From NCBI GenBank assembly GCA_001599295.1, contig BCGN01000005.1, forward strand, positions 1,426,001 to 1,485,630: DNA of 59,630 bases. Direction: 5' to 3'. Numbering within the stretch: the first letter of the stretch is position 1; every line of letters starts with the position of its first letter. Shown here in pieces: positions 36,478 through 48,697 of this stretch. The notes beneath the pieces were generated by a model. The model ran no database searches and was not told the origin of the DNA. It was given only the letters and a program-made list of their open reading frames with translations. The stretch is from Sporopachydermia quercuum. Taxonomy: Eukaryota. Both the position numbers and the translations under genes were made by a program.

Positions 36478-38076
36478 TTATATAGTAGTAATATGGTAAT
36501 GATAGTAGAGGTCACACTTATGATGACCTTCGAATAAGAATTATTACAGGTATCAACTGAGCAGCAATTCTAAAACCTATGCCAAGCTTGACACACTATT
36601 CTCTGTTCATATATACCAGAGAGGGACTCATGATAATCGATCTTTATTTATTTANGGTCCCAAATCATTCTATGATTCTTTGATATTTCTTGTTTCTCAG
36701 TAAATGAAAACATGGCTACTATTTGTTGTTTGATTAAGGCTCCATACTCGAGTGATTTCCAAAACATGCATTCAAACATTACTTTCCAAACTATTGAAGA
36801 AAGGTCCTATTGATTCGGTTTATCGACTTATTGCTTAATTAGTTGCTTTATTAGTTGCTTTATCATTGAACGTTTAGTTAGTTTATTTATTGCTCTTTGG
36901 TAGCATTAAAAGTTNNNNNNTNGTTTATTGTTTGATTGTTGAGTTATATATACATAGATAGTTTAAAAGGAGACTAGTTGATAACATGAGTATGGTGCAT
37001 GATGAAGATAGAATTGAAAGAATGCTTTCTGTCATTGAATAACTTATTATCAGTAGTATTAATATTACTAACAATTGTAATAATAATGCTAATGGTGGAG
37101 CAATCATTCAAATAGGAATAAGCTGAACTGGGTTCCTCCCTTCCTTCTTCATACTATAACATTGAAATCACTTTAGTTACCAGGGCCTCCAGCACCTCTT
37201 CTCTTCTTTGACTCTTTGAATAAAACATGTCGTTTCACTGTGCTTGGTTAGTGATTTGCTATTCAGCTGTATCATACCACATTTCTGTAGTACTACACTG
37301 CTTATGGCCAATTACACAGTAGCAGATCCAAAAGATTGCAGGTGTCTTCTATCTAAACTGAGAAGAGAATATCAATTAAAGCATAAAACAATCTCTAGTG
37401 TGATTTCCTGATAATCTGCTAAAATAAATAAATGGACATGCACTCAGATAANCTACGTACCAACAGGATCGTATCTAATTTGAGTCATCACAGGAGCTGT
37501 TCTTCTTCTAAGAACGGTTCTTGAGAATCCAGTTTTCGCTGTTGATACCAGTGTGATGACTGTNGTTCTAGCTTTTTCCTCTATAAAAACTGTTAGCAAT
37601 GCTTTCCTAAGATAAATGAATGAGTAAAAGAATGATTGTAGATGTCTACAATACCTATGAGTTTACTTACTGGCCATGGTTGAGAAGTTGTAGATGGTAT
37701 TTGTCACAAATAATAACGATAACACTGATAATTAGTTCTCCCGTCTTTGTTTTCTCGATGAGTTGTTTGTATCACTTTCCACATTACAAACATCAAAGAA
37801 CTTGAATCATCACCAAAGGTCCAATTTGTGATTTGTGATATCTCTTCGTTCCAAGCAGTTTGTGACAGTAAAAAGATTTCTACACCTTTACATCTGATCT
37901 GGTCTTGTGCTATCTCCTCCAGCTTGGCTTTCAACTACANTATGATTTTAATATTACGTAATCGTATATTTTCCACTTCAACTCATCTTGCTTTTCTGCT
38001 GGTCAAAAACTCAAATAAATTAAACTATACATTTACACTATACATATATATAGTAACAANNCTTATTATCATTTCT

Positions 38077-41055
38077 TCAGACATCTTCGTGTCCCCAAGC
38101 TGACGGCGTTGGAGCTACTCCTGGTGTTTTAGCTTCTTCATAACCCCATCCAGTACCGCCAGGAGTGGGTGCACTTATATTATCATTTCCAGGCGGGTTG
38201 TATCGACCTCCGCCAGGCGTAGGGGCTCCTGGTGTAGGAGCTCCCGGTGTGGGAGCATTAAAGCCACCACCATAACCAGAAGGCGTAGGGGCTGCAAATG
38301 CACCTGGAGTTTTAGCTGAGCCTCCCCAAGCACTAGATCCCGATGATTTGTCTTCCCAGGGTCTTGAAGAGCCAGATGATGTGGAAGCTGAGGAATTAGG
38401 ATCCCAAGCAGACCTTGAGCCGCTGGACCATCCAGGGGTCCTGTTTCCTCCGCTACTACTTCCCCAAGCTGGAGTTCTACCCCCAGCCCCCGAATTCCAA
38501 GCTGGGGTTCTTCCACCACCACCTCCTCCCCAGGCTGGAGTTCTTCCTCCAAAAGCTGCCGGAGTACGATTTCCCGTGCCACCAGATGACCAAGCAGGAG
38601 TTCTTCCTCCACCGCCTGCACCCCATCCTGGAGTCCTTCCTCCAACACCAGAATTCCACGCAGGAGTTCTTCCGCCTGCAGAAGCCCAGGCAGGGGTCTT
38701 CCCTCCGGCAAACGGAGTGTTTGCTCCTGCCAACTTTTCATCAAATTGGGGCAATGGTCCATCCCGCGTGACTCTTGAAGGATACAGAAATAGTTCATAA
38801 CTGACCTTTCTGTTTCCTGCAATATGGAATAACAAGCTTTCCTTACTAACGGTCACCACTTTGTTCTTTGTATGTAGTTCAACCTGGGCCGTATCATCTG
38901 TAGCGTCTTTAACGATCCCTTGTAGACCTTTGTATGGTCCCTTGCAGATAGTAACGTATTGATGAATTGTTCTATCACGTCCTCCCTTTTTGTTGATTCT
39001 TGTATTTTCCCCATCTCGTTGGACATTGTTATTGTTTCCTTGGGGCTTCATTTTGCTGATATCTGTAGTGAATCTGCTACCTTTTGCTGCCACTGTTTCC
39101 ACGTTTTCTACTGGCACTACGAACACACCCACGTTTTCAGAAATAGTTCTGTTATGGACAAAAACAAATGCTCGGTAGATATGAAGAATATTTCCTTGGC
39201 GATGTTCTCCATTAGCTTCTTTCACAGTGTCTCCCACCCGAAGTTCTACACCATTACGATCTGTAGCGAACGCATTCCGGTTACCTTTACTACCTCCAAT
39301 TTTGAATGACACCGCTGATGGAGACACTTGCTTGATTTTCCCTGTTTGCGAGAGCACTGTGAACACTTCTCTTTCAACTTTGATCAAAACACCAACTTCA
39401 TGGTTACCGATTTGCACTAGATCGAATAATTCGTATTCACCCACACGGTTTGCTCCTCCAACCCCAGAAGCTTCTACTAGATAGTTGGTGAAGATGGTGA
39501 ATTCTGTTTCAGTCAAATCACTTACCACTGTCACTTGATCTTTCTTAGTATCAACAACAAGACCAGTTTCGTCTTTATGTTTACCGTTGACAACTCTGAC
39601 GTGATCACCTACACCAAATTTCTTCCGTAGACTTGTAGTTGGAATATCAAGTTTTGAATCTACCAAGGGNCCTGAAGAGACAATGATAGTGATGATATCT
39701 CCAGCAGCAGATATCACGTTACCTAAAACACCTGCCTGTTCGCCCTCAAATACTTCTACTTTATCACCAGGTTCGAAAGTGGCAGTATCAACAGCTTTCT
39801 TTAATGAGTTTGCAACTGACTGTAGGTCAATTCCTTCTTCACCATTAGCATCGAATTTAGTCAGTTCTTCCAATGTTGGTGCTACATGTTTCGTTTCTAG
39901 GAAAGAAATTTTGAAATCTTTAAACAAAAACCCATCTTCGTATTCATCTCCTTTATAAACAAACGAGTTAATACCTCTTCTTTGTAAGCTTCGAGAGTCA
40001 TAAGTAAGAGCGTCTTGCTCTGAGAAGAGTCTTGGCTGAGGTCTATCTTTTAAGCTGTTACCACCAAAACCTCTTTTCTTTTGGCTTGATTCAGGAGCGT
40101 CTGCATCATTGGAGAATTTGCCATAATCTAAACGAGGAACCACTTTCAAACGAGCTTCTAAACCATTCTCACTCAAGTTTTCGACAATAGCAAGATCACC
40201 AGTATATTTGCCACGTTTGATACGAACATATGTGCCTGGAACAAGTTCTACTTCGTTCTTCTTAGTAGCACGTAGCAAATCCGTGTATTCCTTGATNGGG
40301 ACCATAATTTTGTCTCTTCCATACACACCAACAAGACCTTTAATGGCTAAATCCACAGCTTCAGCTTTACGGGCTTCAATGTAGATATAACCAGTGAAAC
40401 CGTCCCGTTGGAACGCAGAGAATATTTCTAATGGATGTTTGGTGTTTTTCATATTGATACATTTTTTCATAATCAAACGAACCAGTTCTCTTTCTTTACC
40501 TGTTTTACATCGGATACCCCAAATGTTTGGATCATTAACTGAAGGTAATAATAATCTTTGAGATACAGCATTAGAATCGCCACGGAATTTCCCAGAGACG
40601 CTTCTACCGTACTTTTCTCTGTATTCATCTGCCAAACGTTCGGCATCAATGTCAGAGATTTCTTCCCTACGACGATCAACTTCACGGTGAAGTCTGTCGT
40701 TTCTCGCATTAGCTGCTTCTTCTTCATCATCCTCGTCGTTTTGAATGAATCCTTCTTCCTGAAGAGCGTCTTCATCTTCTTCGTCTTCGTCTTCTGAGGT
40801 GTCTACTTCGGCTTCCAATTCTACGAAACGGTTTCGAAGTCGTTTCGCTTTCTTCTTGCGCGGAGCATCTTCGTCTTCATCGTCTTCGTCTTCATCGTCT
40901 TCGTCTTCATCATCGTCATCATCTTCATCTTCAGCATAAGATCTGTGGGATTTGAGTTTGCTTAAATGGTCATTTGTTGTTTCTTCTTCGTAGTCTTCCT
41001 CGACATCTCTAATTTCGTCCTCGTCCGAACGAAGAGCACGTTCTTCGTCAGACAT
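38077..41055 (-). CDS. SPT5: Transcription elongation factor Spt5
   Basis: Acidic N-terminus, NGN domain (LLPSVNDPNIWGIRCKTGKE), multiple KOW motifs and a C-terminal repeat region. Confidence 0.97.
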   Translation of the reverse strand: MSDEERALRSDEDEIRDVEEDYEEETTNDHLSKLKSHRSYAEDEDDDDDEDEDDEDEDDEDEDAPRKKKAKRLRNRFVELEAEVDTSEDEDEEDEDALQEEGFIQNDEDDEEEAANARNDRLHREVDRRREEISDIDAERLADEYREKYGRSVSGKFRGDSNAVSQRLLLPSVNDPNIWGIRCKTGKERELVRLIMKKCINMKNTKHPLEIFSAFQRDGFTGYIYIEARKAEAVDLAIKGLVGVYGRDKIMVXIKEYTDLLRATKKNEVELVPGTYVRIKRGKYTGDLAIVENLSENGLEARLKVVPRLDYGKFSNDADAPESSQKKRGFGGNSLKDRPQPRLFSEQDALTYDSRSLQRRGINSFVYKGDEYEDGFLFKDFKISFLETKHVAPTLEELTKFDANGEEGIDLQSVANSLKKAVDTATFEPGDKVEVFEGEQAGVLGNVISAAGDIITIIVSSXPLVDSKLDIPTTSLRKKFGVGDHVRVVNGKHKDETGLVVDTKKDQVTVVSDLTETEFTIFTNYLVEASGVGGANRVGEYELFDLVQIGNHEVGVLIKVEREVFTVLSQTGKIKQVSPSAVSFKIGGSKGNRNAFATDRNGVELRVGDTVKEANGEHRQGNILHIYRAFVFVHNRTISENVGVFVVPVENVETVAAKGSRFTTDISKMKPQGNNNNVQRDGENTRINKKGGRDRTIHQYVTICKGPYKGLQGIVKDATDDTAQVELHTKNKVVTVSKESLLFHIAGNRKVSYELFLYPSRVTRDGPLPQFDEKLAGANTPFAGGKTPAWASAGGRTPAWNSGVGGRTPGWGAGGGGRTPAWSSGGTGNRTPAAFGGRTPAWGGGGGGRTPAWNSGAGGRTPAWGSSSGGNRTPGWSSGSRSAWDPNSSASTSSGSSRPWEDKSSGSSAWGGSAKTPGAFAAPTPSGYGGGFNAPTPGAPTPGAPTPGGGRYNPPGNDNISAPTPGGTGWGYEEAKTPGVAPTPSAWGHEDV
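38420..38710 (-). repeat. Spt5 CTR coding repeats, about 9 x G-[GN]-[RK]-T-P-[AG]-W
   Basis: Seen in the translation; boundaries approximate. Confidence 0.85.
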
Positions 41056-42169
41056 TGTGAAAGATATTTATTGAGATCGAAATAAAAAGTTAATAAATGC
41101 TTGAGAATGGAAAATTGTAGGTGAGATGTGATAAACGATATATTGTAGATGATTAGTTGTGGAGGACGCTCAAGTAGTATCGTTGCAGGAGACTAACTAT
41201 CTATCTCCGAATGAGAAGCTACCAAAGCTTTCAAGCTGATTCTTAGCTATTACCACTGATTTCACTGTAGAAGTACTGTAGTATTCTTTGAATTCGCGGT
41301 TTTTATTACGATAGAGTCTGGTATTATTTTCTCCTGATGATCTTATCGTACTTAGATTCACAACAGACTGTCAGTGGAAAATTGTTGATAGTAAGCAAAT
41401 CGTATATAATCCAACAAACACAATCAAGCTTCCATGCATTTGAATCACCACTAAGTAAGAATAACGATCATCTAAGTATTAGATTAAAAGCTATACAGTT
41501 CTTTCTAACAGCACAATATTTATTACCCTAAAGACGATCATCCCAGGTTCAATCAGTATATTGGATTTTTGTCATGAAGATTACCAGGTTGTGATGCGCT
41601 TTTTGTGTAAAGCAGGAGTCTTTGGAACTGCCCTTTGAACATGTATGTTTGTTTAGTTTGTACNGACTCTAGTAGGAGTATTTTTGTTCTTTGTCTTAAA
41701 AAAGTTCCTGCACCCAAACATTTTAAGATCATTTTGTCATGACAAATGAGTATATGTGAAATTTGTATGTTTGTCCGAAATTGAGATTGACAAATCTGTC
41801 CGGTTATTATGTTGTTTATTTCAAATGATAATGGGAACNTTTATTCCGCCATCACTTGCTTTCTCACCTAGACTCGTGGAGTGTTGTCTGTATGATAGTA
41901 GTTGTTATATTTCAATCTATTACAATTTATCGAATTTGAGTATAAGAATAATCATATTCATGAAACTGTATCGATATATTAGGTTTCTAGTTGTGTTACT
42001 TCTTCAGCATACATTACCCCAAGTAATATACGATTTAAGTGATCATCCACCAAACTAATTGATCGAACTACTACTTGTCTCTGTTCTATCTATCGCGAGG
42101 AAACTATAAACTTGTTGTTATTGTATTTATCACATTTATCTATATCAACAATTTCAATCATTCCCAATA

Positions 42170-44648
42170 ATGGACAAATCATTAGACGAGATTATCTCAT
42201 CGACTGGGATCAAGAAAAACAGAAGACCCAGAAAACCCGTGAAAAAAGCAGCTAAGCCTGCAGTAGCTGACGGATCTAAGAAGCCTTCTAAGGCTCCCAA
42301 GGCTAAGAAAGCATCTTCTGCTAATGATAAGTTAGCTGTTGTTGCTGCAAAGGTTCCCGAAGCTTTATTGCAACCTCAAGCATTCAAGATCATCATTTCA
42401 GGATTCGTATGTATAATTCTTAGACTAATATTGTTCCTATAGCCATACTCTCGTTGACTGCTGTAAAAATGATACTAACATTCGTTTAGCCCTCTGATGT
42501 TTCATCTGATCAAGTTAAGGTACGTTCAGCATACATGATTCCACAACAAAGCTATGAAGATGTAATGCAATAGCAACTTTTGGTCATGACTGACTATGCA
42601 TAGTCTCTAATTTCTGGTAAACAGAATGACTAGCATATGGGAATGCCCTTTTGTTTTTTTTTCTATGTAAGCGAAATTGAATCAAAACCAACAAAAACCA
42701 AAACGATAGAAAGGCAGAAAGGCAGCATGTAGAGTATACCGCTGTGAGGAATTAATTTCGAAAATTAAAAAACGAATGACTGAACAGAATATCTTGGACC
42801 TATTTTGTATTATTACAGCTGAGCCATAGAGTGTTATTCTGGGTTAGTTCAATAAGTGTTATGTGATGATGATAGTGTGCATTTGTCAGTATAATGTACT
42901 TTGATGGCACCGTTAAATAAACATCGTTGTTTAGCGAAGAGAACGTGTATTCCTATGCTATACTACGTGCCGTCAGAGGAACGAATCAAAGTACCAAACT
43001 TTGACCTGTAGAATGAGAGGATCAAGGGTTGATTATCAAGCTGTTAATATGTTAGAGTTACCATGGGCTATATCATGTTGATCGAGCTCGAGATTACTTT
43101 TTGGAATATGTTAATTCACTATTTCGAAGTATACGTATTTTGTTGTTGGTATGGATTGGTGGACCATACAACTGTGAGAACAGAATACTGTCTTCATAAT
43201 TGTGCATTGTTGTATTGCCATGCATCATATCATGATGCAACGGAACCTGAAGTTGATGCGATACACTTTACACTTTAATCATTGCTCTTTGACAAGCAAG
43301 TTTCAGAGTGATAATACTTTTTCAATTGATCAGTATCAGATCTCGGGATGGACACTTGTAATTTATGGCGTCTGTTAAATGTCCAGATGTTGTCTATGAT
43401 TTTCCTTCCTTATAAGAGGCCATCAAATGCTTTATTATGTATCATATTTACCTATTGGTACTGTTTGTTTTGTTTTCTTATACTTTTTATTGTTTTGTTC
43501 AAACAACCATGGAAGACGGCCGGTTGACTTTTTATCTGATCGAATCATAGCAGGCGATAAGGGTAATTCATCATAGTATTCGCAAAACTTTTGCGAGGTG
43601 TATCAAGTGTCAATAAGGTGTCCTCTCTCTCGAATGCTTGCTCAACTATCAACTCTTGATGACTTCTCATTCTTTATTGTGTTCTCAGCTTTTTCGCTAC
43701 TCAGTTTCTGAATGTGAATGAAGCATTGTTCTAATCAATTTGATTAAGACAAACAATTTCTCTTATTTTATCACATACTCAGTCGCACACATTAGGCAAA
43801 ANGACCCAGAATTCACTTGGCTGAAATCAATAAGAGAATCAAGCCTTCGCGTCTCCAAATCCTGAGAGAAAGTAGCCAGAACTGTTCTTACTTCTATTCT
43901 AGATGACCCCAGTACCAGTTTTGAAGTTTCAATACTTGAAGAACAGAAGAAATGTTCAAATGGCGAGGAACACAGCATGTGTATTTTGGTTTTTAGTTGT
44001 TACTTGATGCTTTATTTGATGCTTTATTTATGTCTTTCCCATAATATCTTTTACTGATGACGATGCTAATATGTTCCCTTTTTTTTTCTCATAGGACTAT
44101 TTCCAACAATCAATTGGATCTGTTTCATCCGCTCATGGATCATTCAATGAAAAAGGAAAATCAACTGGTATTTTCACTGTTATTTTCAAGAAGTCTAAAG
44201 ACGCTTCTTATGCTTATGAAAAGTTCAATGGTGTTTCAATCGACAATGGAAGAAAGTTAAAGGTAAGTTGAAGANGATGATTTTAGGTGGGCACTTTTTA
44301 TGATGGATCTATTTATTAACATGTAAATTACAGGTTGAATTGGTTGTTGACCCTTCTAAGAAGCCTCTTGCTGCTCGGATTAAAGTGTAAGTTATATCTT
44401 TGGTATTATTGTTATGGATGTTGTAACTGAAGTATGTTACTGAGTATTAGGAGTGCGATTCTAATTGTTGTTCGTATAGTGATAGTGATAAAGCTACCCC
44501 AACTGCTCCTAAATCTAAAGCGGTTCCTACCAAGCCTAAGGCTGTCAAGTCTAAGGCTAAGGTTAGAGCTAAGAAGCCCGTCAAACCCAAGAGAGCTAAG
44601 AAGACTACAGAAGAACTCGATGCTGAAATGGCCGATTATTTCAAATGA
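42170..44648 (+). CDS. YRA1: mRNA export adaptor Yra1 (REF/Aly), 5 exons, 218 aa
   Basis: Exons 42170-42406, 42490-42519, 44095-44262, 44334-44386 and 44480-44648. N-box MDKSLDEII, a central RRM, and C-box KTTEELDAEMADYF. Confidence 0.93.
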
Positions 44649-44985
44649 GGGCTATTACTTGAATGATCACTCTTTTTAGCCATATATTCTATCTTGTTCT
44701 CCCTCTTGTTGTGTCTTTAACAGTGTTAAGATCTGTTTAGGATTGTTTTATAATGTATTCTATAAAATGTCTAATAATAATTTAAATTTTGTAAGCTAAC
44801 ACCGAAGTTTGTGTTGATAGTATATTGCTATGTGGTCTGTTCGTTTGTCAATAGTTTGTTAAATTTCCTAGTTTTTATAAAGCACTATTAGTCATTCCTA
44901 CATCATCATATTCCACCTAGCATTTTATACAAGAGTCCATATATTATAACTACAAGATATTATCTGATAGGACTTAATCAAATAA

Positions 44986-45617
44986 TTAAGAGAATTTATC
45001 ACCCGGTTTACGTGACTGGTAACTTGTTCCTGATCCTTCATACTCGGACTTTCTTCTTATTGTCTCATCGGATTTCTCGGGAAATCCTGGTCTTACAACA
45101 GCGGAATTGAATGAATTACTTGCTTCTTTATGTTCGTTCAAGACATCGTCAACTATTTTTAATGTGACGTTAGTAATTTTCCAAGCACTTCAAAGACTGT
45201 AGATGGATGTTAGAAACCACTTTTACATACTTCCTTTACCCGAAGGTCTGAATTGTTGCTGACGACGATCGTTAATTTTACTTCTTTATGTTAGTGTCAT
45301 GATTTCCAAGCAATATATCTAGAGGAAGCTGTCAAATGCTGACCAGATTCCCTACATACGACTTGGCAACAATGTATGATCCGATACCGATAGCGGTGAT
45401 CAGGCCCATACCTCCCCTGAAGAATCTAGTTAGTAACAACTCGTGTAAATAAGTCATTGAAATTCAACTGGAAAGTCGACCCATAACAAAAACAGCTATC
45501 CCCGTGCGTCTCAAATACTAATACCATATAACATTAATGAATTTCAGCTTATTAAATGCTCTTTCTACTTCATTTCTTTCCCAACAATACTTACCAGAAA
45601 GATCTTGGAGTGTTCAT
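44986..45617 (-). CDS. Small single-TM fungal protein, DUF4748-like, 4 exons, 98 aa (absent from ORF track)
   Basis: Exons 45617-45595, 45416-45360, 45280-45231 and 45152-44986 with consensus introns. Translation: MNTPRSFWGGMGLITAIGIGSYIVAKSKINDRRQQQ...RKSEYEGSGTSYQSRKPGDKFS. Confidence 0.82.
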
Positions 45618-47292
45618 CTTGAATATCTTTTATCTTCTTGAAGCTACCACTAATTAATCCGAGTAAACAAATGGGTTGAATCCTACAATTCTAAGTTACA
45701 AAACAATATATAGATTCAAGGGTCAAATAAAGGGATATCAAGAGAAGGTCATTTTACCTTAATAATAAGATAAATATCTTGTTTCCTTCCGTTACTTGAA
45801 AGAATGTGGTTTGATGTAAACCTTAATCCGTTTATGTTTCGGTGCATATATTGTGCATGAATTATTATGGAACATTATGCAGTTACATGCAGTAACATGC
45901 CGATAATTTATTCTCCTGCATTAGGTTCCGCAAGTGATTTTATTGGTTACAGTGGGATTTAATGATTATGTNATAAGTGAAAAGTGTCTGTTGCTGATGA
46001 ATGTCCGCAAATAGGAGGATTGAAATTAGGTGATCAAATAAAAAGAAAAGGAAGATCTGATGAGGTGAATGACGAGTTCTGCACAACAATCATAATCATA
46101 AGTAGATGAGGAAACTAGAGAGGTGAAAGGATCGAAAGTAAGAGAAAAGTTTAAGTTTTGGTAGAAAAAAAGGGATAATCAGAGCTGGCTGAAAATAAGA
46201 GCTTTCAATAGCTGTGAAGNGGATTGCTACATGAAAACGAAGTGGAAAATAATGAAGGAAAAAAAAAAAAATTGCAGTCAAATCGATTTCATAATATGTC
46301 TGATTCCCTGTAAAGGAAGAGATAACCATGTGAGGTTTTTAGCCAAATAATGATTCCATTCTGTCTGTAGTCCATACTAGTTCGTCAATTGACTTCCATT
46401 TTCTTGTCTTTTCGTCTACATGTATCAACTGCTTATGATATGTTTGAATTCCCAGCGCATCTAACATTTCATTTCGATACAATTCATCACGACAAAATTG
46501 GAAAGATGCCGAGGAGGTGAATATTTCACTTCCTCTTCATGCGATTTTAATGCAAGATTATGCACTTCATTTCTCATGTACTAACAAATGGTGCAACTTT
46601 TTTTTTTCGGTCACCTCGGTTCTTCTAGCTAACTAATTACCATCGCACTGATATCATATGACAATTAGTAAGTTTAATGGTTTGATAGCTCTTTACCTGC
46701 TACAGAAATACTAACAAAACCAATAATCAACGTCTGTAAACGGCTATTTATTTACTACTATGTATATTCAATCTTTTGAAATACAAATATGTCGTCAGGC
46801 TTATCATATTAATTTTATCAAATGATTCATATGGGATTCATCGGTTCTCGGTTCTGATCCCTGAAAAGAGACTTGATTCCCATCATAGCCAAACTTTATT
46901 TGCAAGCTCCAAACTCTAAATAACAGGTTTCTCTAAATAAGCAGCCCCACATTTATTACTGTTTTTCTTACAATTAGCAAACGCAGTATTGCTTGTCGAT
47001 AGTAGTCCGACTCATATATATAATAAGGAGTATGATATATTTATACTTAGGATATTAATAGTTTTTAAGTCTCTCCAATCTGAATTTTCTAATTTGATAT
47101 TTGGAAACTAGTTGTTTGTAGATTAGTTGTTTTGTTTGCTTTGTTAGTTCTGGCTTGAAGTTGAAAAGACAAAGATAGAAAGGAACTACTGGAGTCACTT
47201 TTTTAGGTACCAGCAAGAAAAGTAAAAAGAAGATCAAACTGAACTGATCTAAATTATATTTATAGGCATCACATTAAATAACTACAGAAACA

Positions 47293-48300
47293 ATGTCTCA
47301 AAACGATAACGTTGCTCATGCTTTAGCAGGAGCCGGTGGTGGAGCCTTGTCAATGGTTGTTACCTATCCGCTGATTACTTTGTCCACTAGAGCTCAAACT
47401 ATCAAGAAAACCAAATCTTCACTAAAGCTTTTAACTGAGTCTGAGTTAGATTTGGAAGCTCAAAAAGCAAAGAAAACCTCAAAGTTTTCTTTAGAAGCTT
47501 TAGAATCTGCAAAGGAAATTATCAAGAACGAAGGTATTTCTGGTTTGTATTCAGGATTAGAATCTGCATTGTTTGGTGTATCAGTTACCAATTTTGTTTA
47601 TTATTACTTTTATGAAGGTACCAAAGCATTTTTTGAAAATGCTAAGCTTGTTGCTGGTAAAGATATTTCCTTATCAACTCCTGAGTCAATGATGACAGGC
47701 GCCGTTGCCGGTGCTGCAACTGTTGTATTGACCAATCCTATCTGGGTAGTGAACACTAGAATGACNGTTAAGGACATTGATGTTGAAGAAGTTGATGATA
47801 ATGGAAAGTTGATCAAGAAACCGTCACCTTCAACTATTACTGTCTTGAAGCACATTATTGCTAAAGATGGTGTTAAGGCTCTTTTCTCAGGAATTGCACC
47901 AGCCTTAGTTTTGGTCATCAATCCAATTATTCAATACACTGCATTTGAACAATTGAGACAAATAATTTCAAAGAAGAGAAAGCCCACAGCTCTCGATGCT
48001 TTTGTTTTGGGTGCTATTGGTAAATTACTTGCTACTTCAATCACTTACCCCTATATTACTCTCAAATCAAGAATGCAATTGAGAAAGAAGGATGGTGAAG
48101 AAAAGCCAAGTCTTATTGGTGGTATCAAGAAGATCTTAGAAGAAGAAGGTCTTAGTGGATTATATAGCGGAATTGTTGTTAAGTTATTCCAATCTGTTTT
48201 GACATCAGCTTTCTTGTTTTATTTCAAGGAACAATTATTCCAAGTTGCTGTTTTAGTTTTGAGAATTATTAGAGGAGCTAAGAAGCCTGTTAAGGCCTAA
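47293..48300 (+). CDS. PMP47: Peroxisomal nucleotide carrier, PMP47/PMP34 type (mitochondrial carrier family)
   Basis: Three carrier repeats: HALAGAGGG..TYPL, TNPIWVVNTR and TYPYITLKSR, plus LVINPIIQY. Confidence 0.85.
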   Translation: MSQNDNVAHALAGAGGGALSMVVTYPLITLSTRAQTIKKTKSSLKLLTESELDLEAQKAKKTSKFSLEALESAKEIIKNEGISGLYSGLESALFGVSVTNFVYYYFYEGTKAFFENAKLVAGKDISLSTPESMMTGAVAGAATVVLTNPIWVVNTRMXVKDIDVEEVDDNGKLIKKPSPSTITVLKHIIAKDGVKALFSGIAPALVLVINPIIQYTAFEQLRQIISKKRKPTALDAFVLGAIGKLLATSITYPYITLKSRMQLRKKDGEEKPSLIGGIKKILEEEGLSGLYSGIVVKLFQSVLTSAFLFYFKEQLFQVAVLVLRIIRGAKKPVKA

Positions 48301-48697
48301 ATAGCATTGATTTCTAGTATTTTACTTAATGTTGACTAAATATATGTATGTTTACTATTGGATGGTTGCTCCCCGTTCTGCTTTGAATACCTCGTGAATC
48401 AATTAGTCGTAAATGTATTTCAGTAGATTTAAATATTCATTGAGTTGGAGAAGTTTCCTACTAAGATATTATCCTGTAGTAATTGTATCAACGATAGCAC
48501 CACTAATAGCTTATTTTCTTTCAAAAACTCGTTTCTAATTCATATTAACATCAAAAGTTCAGTGATGTTATGCTATTATATGCTATGCTATATTATTTTA
48601 TGCACAATCTATCCTATGTAACTACTTCAATTAAGGTCTTAATCAATGCCACCCATTATTAACTCACAATTATCAGTGCAAAAAATCTATATCTCTA

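Noticed and set aside
36914..36923. Run of n bases near short GTTGCTTTA repeats
   Set aside because: Looks like a small assembly gap; no LTR, TIR or transposase signal nearby.
38175..38822. 215-aa alternative-frame ORF and antisense ORFs over the SPT5 3' end
   Set aside because: Shadow ORFs of the GC-rich Gly/Thr/Pro repeat region.
45197..45230. Possible stwintron (nested intron) in the DUF4748-like gene
   Set aside because: Excising the 34-nt inner unit does not recreate a GT donor; kept only as an alternative acceptor.
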